From positions 62,001 through 125,612 of the forward strand of contig JBKHGE010000003.1 of assembly GCA_046539845.1 (NCBI GenBank): a DNA stretch of 63,612 bases, given 5' to 3'. Positions 57,994 through 63,612 of this stretch are shown here, in pieces. Numbering within the stretch: the first letter of the stretch is position 1; each line of letters starts with the position of its first letter. Both the position numbers and the translations under genes were made by a program. Source of the stretch: Desulfonatronovibrionaceae bacterium (GTDB lineage Bacteria > Desulfobacterota > Desulfovibrionia > Desulfovibrionales > Desulfonatronovibrionaceae). The notes under the pieces were generated by a model that was given only the letters and a program-made list of their open reading frames with translations, was not told where the DNA came from and made no database searches.

Positions 57994-59040
57994 ATGCACA
58001 GAAGGACCCTGCTCAAGGGAGCAGTGGCCGGGGCCCTGCTCCCCCTTTTCGCCGCCTCCGGCCGCACCTCACCGCCCAAGTTCAGCTCTGATGCGGACGT
58101 GCGGATAATGATCGCCCCGGACTCCACTCCCCCGGTGTATGGGGACAAGGGAAAAGAATATATATACCGATTGGGCCTGGCTGCCCTGGAATACACGGAC
58201 AAATGCTATTCCGGGAGCCAAATGCCCATCTGGGGCAAGCGCCCGGATGAAGTGGACCTGGAAAAAAGGACCATCAATATCGCCTACTGGGTGGGCCGGG
58301 GGGTGGCTGAAAACCACTCCATCTACCCCCTGGATCCGGCCTGGATAATGGCCCAGATAATGGCTGAATCCCTTTTCTACGAATTCGCGGTCTCCTGGGC
58401 GTTTGCCGTGGGCGTGTGCCAGTTCATCCCACCCACTGCCGCGGAATACGGCCTGAGCTGCGCGGACAAGACCGAACTGCCGAAAAGTGCGCTCCGGCTC
58501 CCGCATCTGGCCGGGGAGCTGGACCGCTACTATGCCCTGCAAAAAAGGCTAAGCCGCCTCAAACTGGACAACCCGCTTTTGTACAAGGACAAAGACAGGA
58601 TCCTGAAAAGAGCTCTCGAGGCCTTGCACAGCAACGAGGAAGTGGATTGGGCCGGGAAAAATTTGCACATCCTGGGCGAGGAGGAGAAACTGGACGAAAA
58701 CCTGGACAGCGCGCGGAAAAACTACACACGATTTTTGCAGGCCAACTTTCAGGACCGGGACATCTTCAGCCGGGGAGATCTGGATTTTTTGCTGCGCTTT
58801 GATCAGCGGGTCACTTATAAGGCCCCGATTCAGGCCATGACCAAAATGATGGCCCAGCATTTGAAAAAGAGACAGGGCAATGTACTCACCGCCACCGCAG
58901 GATACAACGCCGGACTGGGACATACCCGAGTGGATTCGCGCATCTACGGTCCCTATGGATTGATCCCCTCATTCGAGCAGACCGTGACTTATGTAAGCCG
59001 GATCGCGGTCAACCACCACGAGATAGTCTCCAGATTATGA
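57994..59040 (+). CDS. Tat-exported lytic transglycosylase (SLT domain)
   Basis: MHRRTLLK Tat signal; AES catalytic Glu, AVS...A.G..QF.P.TA, AGYNAG, T..YV motifs. Confidence 0.87.
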   Translation: MHRRTLLKGAVAGALLPLFAASGRTSPPKFSSDADVRIMIAPDSTPPVYGDKGKEYIYRLGLAALEYTDKCYSGSQMPIWGKRPDEVDLEKRTINIAYWVGRGVAENHSIYPLDPAWIMAQIMAESLFYEFAVSWAFAVGVCQFIPPTAAEYGLSCADKTELPKSALRLPHLAGELDRYYALQKRLSRLKLDNPLLYKDKDRILKRALEALHSNEEVDWAGKNLHILGEEEKLDENLDSARKNYTRFLQANFQDRDIFSRGDLDFLLRFDQRVTYKAPIQAMTKMMAQHLKKRQGNVLTATAGYNAGLGHTRVDSRIYGPYGLIPSFEQTVTYVSRIAVNHHEIVSRL

Positions 59041-59163
59041 TCAAAAAATCTTTCTTTGGTCCCAGCCCTGCACGCAAGACATCCGTTTACCACCAATCCT
59101 TCAGGCCCCGGAGTAAAAACCCGGAGTAAACCAAGGCTGGCCGGTTTCAGAAAGAAACCAGCC

Positions 59164-59739
59164 TCAGGCATACACCTTGTTCATCACCCAGGCCATGTTC
59201 CGGCCCAAGACACGCATGGTGTTGACCCCTTCATCGTCCTTGACCACATCCCCCTTGTCCCTGCCCAGGCCCATGTTCCAGTACGAGGCCCCGGGAATGA
59301 TCATCTCGGAAATGGTGAAAAAGGCGTTTAGGGCATTAAACACCTGCTGCGAACCGGCCCTGCGCACTGCAACCACCCCCGCACCCACCTTGCGCCTGTA
59401 CATGCCGTCGTTGGCCTTGCCCACCAGCCCGGCCCGGTCAATGAGCGCCTTCATCTCCGCGGACACATTGGCGAAATAAGTGGGCGAACCCAGGATTATT
59501 CCCTGGGCCTCGTCCATTTTGGCAATGCATTCATTGCCGAAATCGTCATCCTGCGAACAGCGCCTGTCCTTGTTTTTAAAGCAATTGCGGCAGGCCCGGC
59601 AGCCGTGCATATCCTTTCCAGCCAGCTGGATCAGCTCGGTGTTTATCCCGGCCGCATCCAATTCCTCCAGGACATAGCCCATAAGGGTGGCGGTGTTCCC
59701 GTTCTTGCGCGCGCTGCCATTTATGGCCACTACTTTCAT
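59164..59739 (-). CDS. Iron-sulfur flavoprotein (Isf/flavodoxin-like)
   Basis: GSARKNGNT, CRACRNC-x7-C, GSPTYF, RRAG. Confidence 0.92.
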   Translation of the reverse strand: MKVVAINGSARKNGNTATLMGYVLEELDAAGINTELIQLAGKDMHGCRACRNCFKNKDRRCSQDDDFGNECIAKMDEAQGIILGSPTYFANVSAEMKALIDRAGLVGKANDGMYRRKVGAGVVAVRRAGSQQVFNALNAFFTISEMIIPGASYWNMGLGRDKGDVVKDDEGVNTMRVLGRNMAWVMNKVYA

Positions 59740-60179
59740 CTCTTACTCCTTTAAATTTTTTGCACTTATTTTACCCAAAAAATCCCCTCGGCACCCTTCG
59801 GCCCTGCAGTCAATCCAGTCTCCTCTTCCGGCATCAAGCGCCGGCAGAAAGGATCTATTGGCCATACTCCCTGCAATACACGAAAAAGCCGGTAAAACGT
59901 GCTCTACGGCTCCCGCCGTCTGAAGCCGCACACGGGACAAACGATAATCATCTGGTCAGCCGTCTCCGTGCTTGGCATGCCTTTTTCTTCGGCTACTGGA
60001 CAAGAATAAGGCCTGCGCCCCGGTAGATCAACCCCGAAAATCCGGGGATCATTTCAAAAAGCGGCCCCAATGGGCAACTTCTTGCTTTTTTAAAAATCTG
60101 TTCACCAATTTCACCCCTGTGAGACTCTCCCGGAAAAAATGCTTGCTTCGAGCTATAAAAATATTCACATAAATTGATA

Positions 60180-60194
60180 GACTGATTCTCAGTC
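60180..60194. promoter_or_regulatory. Palindrome upstream of the WYL gene (candidate operator)
   Basis: GACTGA-ttc-TCAGTC in an AT-rich region about 70 nt before the ATG. Confidence 0.35.
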
Positions 60195-60265
60195 AAGAAT
60201 AAATGTTTAAAAACTGAATCCCGGGCCGTAGAGAAAAATAAACACTCACGACATAAGTAGGATAC

Positions 60266-61237
60266 ATGACCGAGAGAAAAAAGGCGCGCCTGCGCAGGCT
60301 GTACAATCTGGCCCAGATGATCGAAGAGGGCGAAAAGGCCACCCTTTCAGATTTGACCCGGCTTCTGGATATCAGCAAGAGCCAGCTGCACCGGGATTTA
60401 AGCGAACTCAAGCACCTCGGGTTCGACACCTGCTTTGACAGAAGGCGCAACAAATACGTGCTGAACGGCCATCCCCGGGAGATCGGCCGCACTCTGACCG
60501 TAAGCGAACAGCTGGCCCTGGTCCTTTGTCTGGTCCAGCTGGGGGAGATAAAAGACTCCTACCTCCTGCGCCAGTCGCGCAAGGCCGCGCTCAAAATACT
60601 CAACCACTCCGGACGGGTCCGGCCGTACTTTCTGGGAAACGCCTTGCGGCTGCCCAAAGTCATAGACGGCTACGGGTGCAATCCCGGTATTTTGAAAAAG
60701 GTCTATTCCGCCCTGCAGAACAGGCAGCGTATTTTAATTGTCTATACCAAACCCGGGCACTCTTCCGGAGAATATGAAATAAATCCATACCAAATATTTA
60801 TGTACCAAGGTAACCCCTATTTGGACGCCTTTGCCTGGGACCGCCAGGAGATTCGTTGCTTCAAGATCTGCCGCATAAACGAGGTCAAGTTCACCGGTCT
60901 GACGTTCACCGGGTACCGGGACTATGACTTCAGCGTCCAGCATCAAAACAGCTTCGGAATTTATAGCGGACAAAAGCCCCAACAGGTGCAAGTGTGGTTT
61001 TCCCCCCGGGCCGCCCCGTATATCCGCGAGGAACTGTGGCACCACTCCCAGGTTATTGTCCAAAACCCGGATGGATCGATCTATTATACAGTCCGAGTCT
61101 CCGAGCCCAGAGAAGTCCTCTGGTGGACGCTTTCCTGGGGCGAGGACAGCGAAGTGATCGAGCCGCTGTGGCTCCGAAAACTGGCCCGGGAAAAACTGGA
61201 AAAAATGCTCGAGAGATATGAAAACAGGCAAAAATAA
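60266..61237 (+). CDS. HTH-WYL-WCX transcriptional regulator (YafY/PafBC/DriD-like)
   Basis: N-terminal winged HTH (LSDLTRLLDISKSQLHRDL), WYL core (I.Y...INPYQI.....PYL.A......R.FK..RI), WCX tail (WHHSQ...DGS...W..SWG...EVIEP..LR). Confidence 0.92.
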   Translation: MTERKKARLRRLYNLAQMIEEGEKATLSDLTRLLDISKSQLHRDLSELKHLGFDTCFDRRRNKYVLNGHPREIGRTLTVSEQLALVLCLVQLGEIKDSYLLRQSRKAALKILNHSGRVRPYFLGNALRLPKVIDGYGCNPGILKKVYSALQNRQRILIVYTKPGHSSGEYEINPYQIFMYQGNPYLDAFAWDRQEIRCFKICRINEVKFTGLTFTGYRDYDFSVQHQNSFGIYSGQKPQQVQVWFSPRAAPYIREELWHHSQVIVQNPDGSIYYTVRVSEPREVLWWTLSWGEDSEVIEPLWLRKLAREKLEKMLERYENRQK

Positions 61238-61240
61238 GGC

Positions 61241-62095
61241 ATGATATACTTAAACAGTCCGTGTGATTGCCTCCGTATGGGATCCATACGCGAGCTACGG
61301 GCCGGGGCGGTCCGGATATCCGGCCCGAATTTTTGGTTTTTGATCCGGGCCACAGACAAAGGACCTAAGCTGGTCCGGGAGATACAGCAAAACACGGAGC
61401 CGGAACTGGTCAAGAGGATAAAACTCACCGAGCTGGATACTATCCTGGATATTGAGGTCAGCCCGCTCAAAGATGACTGTGCCTTCCAGCTCAATGCCGA
61501 GGCTTTGGCCCGGCTGGGCACTCTGTCCGTGTATGTCCGGGAGGGGGCTTGGCACTTGGCCGCTTTGCACATGATCGAGTGCGGATGTACCCGCTGCCCC
61601 CGGCTACAAAGGATATTTCAAGAGATTTTCCCCCTGGAGACCAGGGAGGTCTTCTGGGCCAGTTCTCTGCTCAATTCCCGGGACATCCGGGAAAACGGGG
61701 ACGTTCTGGACTGCCTGTGCTTCGGCGCCCCACAGAAAGAAAAGCGCCTGAAGACCGCAGGCAAGATCATACGCGGGGCAAAGAGATTTTATACCTCCAT
61801 ATATAAGAGCTCCCTGCTCTGGCGGCAGGCAGCTGGCAGTTCTCAATCCTGCAGGCAAGACACCCTGCAGCCGGGACAGGAAATCTTTCTGGCCCCGGAT
61901 ATGTATAAAAACCCCGGCAAAGTGGTCGCGTTCACCAGCCAGGGGAAACTGGGGGAACTACCGGGCGCGCTTACCCGGGAGCTGGCGCCCATGCTTGAAA
62001 GAGGGATTCGCTACACCGGCAGGATAGCCCGGATTATGGGCTCCTGGAGAAACGAGGAAGACCGCCTCACCCTAGAGATAAGCAAGACAGCATAG
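61241..62095 (+). CDS. Hypothetical protein with Cys cluster and C-terminal degenerate HIRAN-like domain
   Basis: Starts 3 nt after the WYL stop; ECGCTRC; tail LQPGQEIFLAPD...V...T..GKLGELP..L.RELAPMLERG.RY.GRI follows the HIRAN pattern but lacks a clean NxxD motif. Confidence 0.6.
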   Translation: MIYLNSPCDCLRMGSIRELRAGAVRISGPNFWFLIRATDKGPKLVREIQQNTEPELVKRIKLTELDTILDIEVSPLKDDCAFQLNAEALARLGTLSVYVREGAWHLAALHMIECGCTRCPRLQRIFQEIFPLETREVFWASSLLNSRDIRENGDVLDCLCFGAPQKEKRLKTAGKIIRGAKRFYTSIYKSSLLWRQAAGSSQSCRQDTLQPGQEIFLAPDMYKNPGKVVAFTSQGKLGELPGALTRELAPMLERGIRYTGRIARIMGSWRNEEDRLTLEISKTA

Positions 62096-62286
62096 AAAAC
62101 AGCCCCTGCGCAAACATATCCAGAAAATAATTTCCCGCAGCCGAGAACACACCCCTTTGGCAACCCCTGCCCAAATCATCCCGCACCCAGGCTTCAAATT
62201 GGAGTGCTGGGTCCAGAATAGACAAAAAGGGTCAAACCATAGAGGCATGACACATCCTCGCTTCCCGGATGCGCCCTTCTTCATCT

Positions 62287-62354
62287 GCGACAATCAGCTA
62301 AATCTGCGGATAACTCTTCTTTTCCGTGCCTTTCCATGTGTTCCGGGGGCAATA
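62287..62354 (+). repeat. 68-bp direct repeat, copy 1
   Basis: GCGACAATCAGCTAAATCTGCGGATAACTCTTCTTTTCCGTGCCTTTCCATGTGTTCCGGGGGCAATA, identical to 63533-63600. Confidence 0.95.
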
Positions 62355-62420
62355 TCTAATCCTCGCTTATGGATCCAACCGGACAAAAATTGTTATCAAA
62401 CTTCAGACACTTCTTTATCA

Positions 62421-62535
62421 GACGCAACTGCAAAAAGTCGAAAAATAAAGTGCAACACAAAAATCAGACTTTGTAACTATTTGATTTTACTTAAGACTTA
62501 ACGCTGCTTGAAAAAATATATTTTTGCAGGCGCAA
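62421..62535. mobile_element. Possible MITE/IS-end remnant with an IHF site
   Basis: 9-bp inverted repeat CTGCAAAAA (62428-62436)/TTTTTGCAG (62521-62529) around an AT-rich core with AATCAAatagTTA (minus strand, 62474-62486). Confidence 0.4.
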
Positions 62536-62555
62536 CCTCACACTTTACATTCCTC

Positions 62556-62852
62556 TCATCTAAGAATTAAATCACGTATACTATCCGGATCCATGCGCAG
62601 GTCAGCAACTGCTGTTATAATAATTTCTTTTTCAACGACCGTTTAATATACGGCAAAAGGAAAACGGCGCATGAGACACCTTCGCAAATGCGAAGTTACA
62701 CACGTCCAAGCCTCTGGGAACCTACATACCCTTGAGATGGTCTTGTCATACTCATCCAGGAAATCATACCCAAGTCCCTCACTTTGCGACTCATAATAGT
62801 CCATTGCCTTGGTCAGGTCTCTGGCAGCCGCTGCAAGGATACGTACTTTCAT
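62556..62852 (-). pseudogene. RelE/ParE-family toxin with an internal nonsense codon
   Basis: A..DL.....YY.....GLG..F...P.A......RR....RFPFAVY* continues in frame TVVEKEIIITAVADLRMDPDSIRDLILR to a stop at 62556 (98 codons). Premature TAA at 62643-62645. Confidence 0.85.
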
Positions 62853-63073
62853 TATCCGTCTCTTGTCCTCAACGAATCTATAAAATCCATGCAGTCAATG
62901 GCCTCCATTTTTCCAGATCGAAATTTATCCAATCTGTTTTCCGCCACCTCTGTCCAAGCCTTTATGGATGGAGCATGATCATATTCTAAAGTCTGCAACA
63001 AGCGGTCGGCCAGTAAAGCCCTTTCAAACTCAGACAATTTCATGGCTTCTTTTTCCAGAACAACAGATTCCAT
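62852..63073 (-). CDS. Putative addiction-module antitoxin
   Basis: L...ERA.LA..LL..L.......AW......R......G pattern; TAATG overlap with the toxin start; GGGAGG RBS. Confidence 0.85.
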   Translation of the reverse strand: MESVVLEKEAMKLSEFERALLADRLLQTLEYDHAPSIKAWTEVAENRLDKFRSGKMEAIDCMDFIDSLRTRDG

Positions 63074-63249
63074 TGTGTTTTCCTCCCAGTAGATCTTAGG
63101 TGCCTTGATATTGACTTATGCAAGCCGGGGGCAGGCATAGATCTTGACCTAAACTAATAGGTAAAAGTCTATGGCTGTAGCAGGTTGAAGTCAAGGAAGA
63201 GGTCTTTTTCAGCCTAAGGCTGGAAGAATTTTGAGCCGGAGTCTTTCAA

Positions 63250-63504
63250 TCAAGAACCTTCACCCTGGCTCTTTCCTTCAGCACCCAGCCTTTTCATTGG
63301 ATAAAACCGGTCAACGCCCATGAAGGTTTGTAAATTGCCGTTCATCCCGGATGTAAACAGATGCTTGAAGCGGCAGAATGCATCCTGGACAAAACTCATG
63401 CTCCCGATCACTCCGACGGCCCAAAAATACTGACCACGATATAAGAAACCATCCGGCCAGGAAATTTTACACCCTTTCTGTGTCTGGCCTTCTCTACAAC
63501 CCAT
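63250..63504 (-). pseudogene. Probable decayed C-terminal fragment of a Y1/RAYT-like transposase
   Basis: KG.KIS..D.FLYR..YF...GVIGS..FV...F..FKH.F.S.........GV...Y.MKRL resembles, from recall only, the C-terminal tail of REP-associated-type transposases of sulfate reducers. No catalytic HUH domain is present. Confidence 0.4.
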
Positions 63505-63532
63505 TACCGAGCAGCCCCTGGCACGCCTTATC

Positions 63533-63600
63533 GCGACAATCAGCTAAATCTGCGGATAACTCTTCTTTTCCGTGCCTTTCCATGTGTTCCGGGGGCAATA
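63533..63600 (+). repeat. 68-bp direct repeat, copy 2
   Basis: Identical to 62287-62354; the copies start 1246 bp apart. Confidence 0.95.
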
Positions 63601-63612
63601 CTCTCCCGGAAA

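Noticed and set aside
59973..59988. Sigma-54-like TGGCATG (also TGGCACG at 63519)
   Set aside because: Neither has GC at the required GG-N10-GC spacing.
62287..63600. CRISPR array or integron attC interpretation of the 68-bp repeats
   Set aside because: Only two copies, spaced 1.2 kb, no cas or intI gene, and no RYYYAAC/GTTRRRY-bounded palindrome.

Overview
Mostly core chromosome of a dissimilatory sulfate-reducing bacterium, most likely Desulfovibrionales. Acidic loops in several proteins hint at a halophilic lineage, which is inference only. Left to right: lptD (5'-truncated)-mutL-purD; a minus-strand block tRNA-Met, rpsF-rpsR-rplI-dnaB-paaK-like-purE-queuosine precursor transporter-DUF456; DUF1015 plus a methyltransferase; a contiguous 12.5-kb sulfite-reduction supercluster (dsrT-dsrMKJOP, ferredoxin, three uncharacterised genes, dsrABD-dsrN) with two matching Rex-like boxes; htpX/hsp20; pfk plus a eukaryote-type UDP-glucose pyrophosphorylase; tol-pal; sirtuin/PHP/DUF151/miaB; an APH-like kinase plus APS-kinase-like pair; an orphan solute-binding protein plus hybrid histidine kinase; hldD; gpmI/rsfS; plsC-Cys-rich peptide-DsbA-large LOG-domain protein (apparent ATC start); an MCP; orphan trpF; a MEDS pseudogene; a lytic transglycosylase; an iron-sulfur flavoprotein. 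The last ~3.5 kb is accessory: a WYL regulator plus HIRAN-like gene, then a perfect 68-bp direct repeat enclosing a ParE-type toxin-antitoxin module (toxin has a nonsense mutation) and a probable transposase remnant. No CRISPR array, rRNA or intact transposase was seen. All calls come from motif reading by eye; no searches were run.
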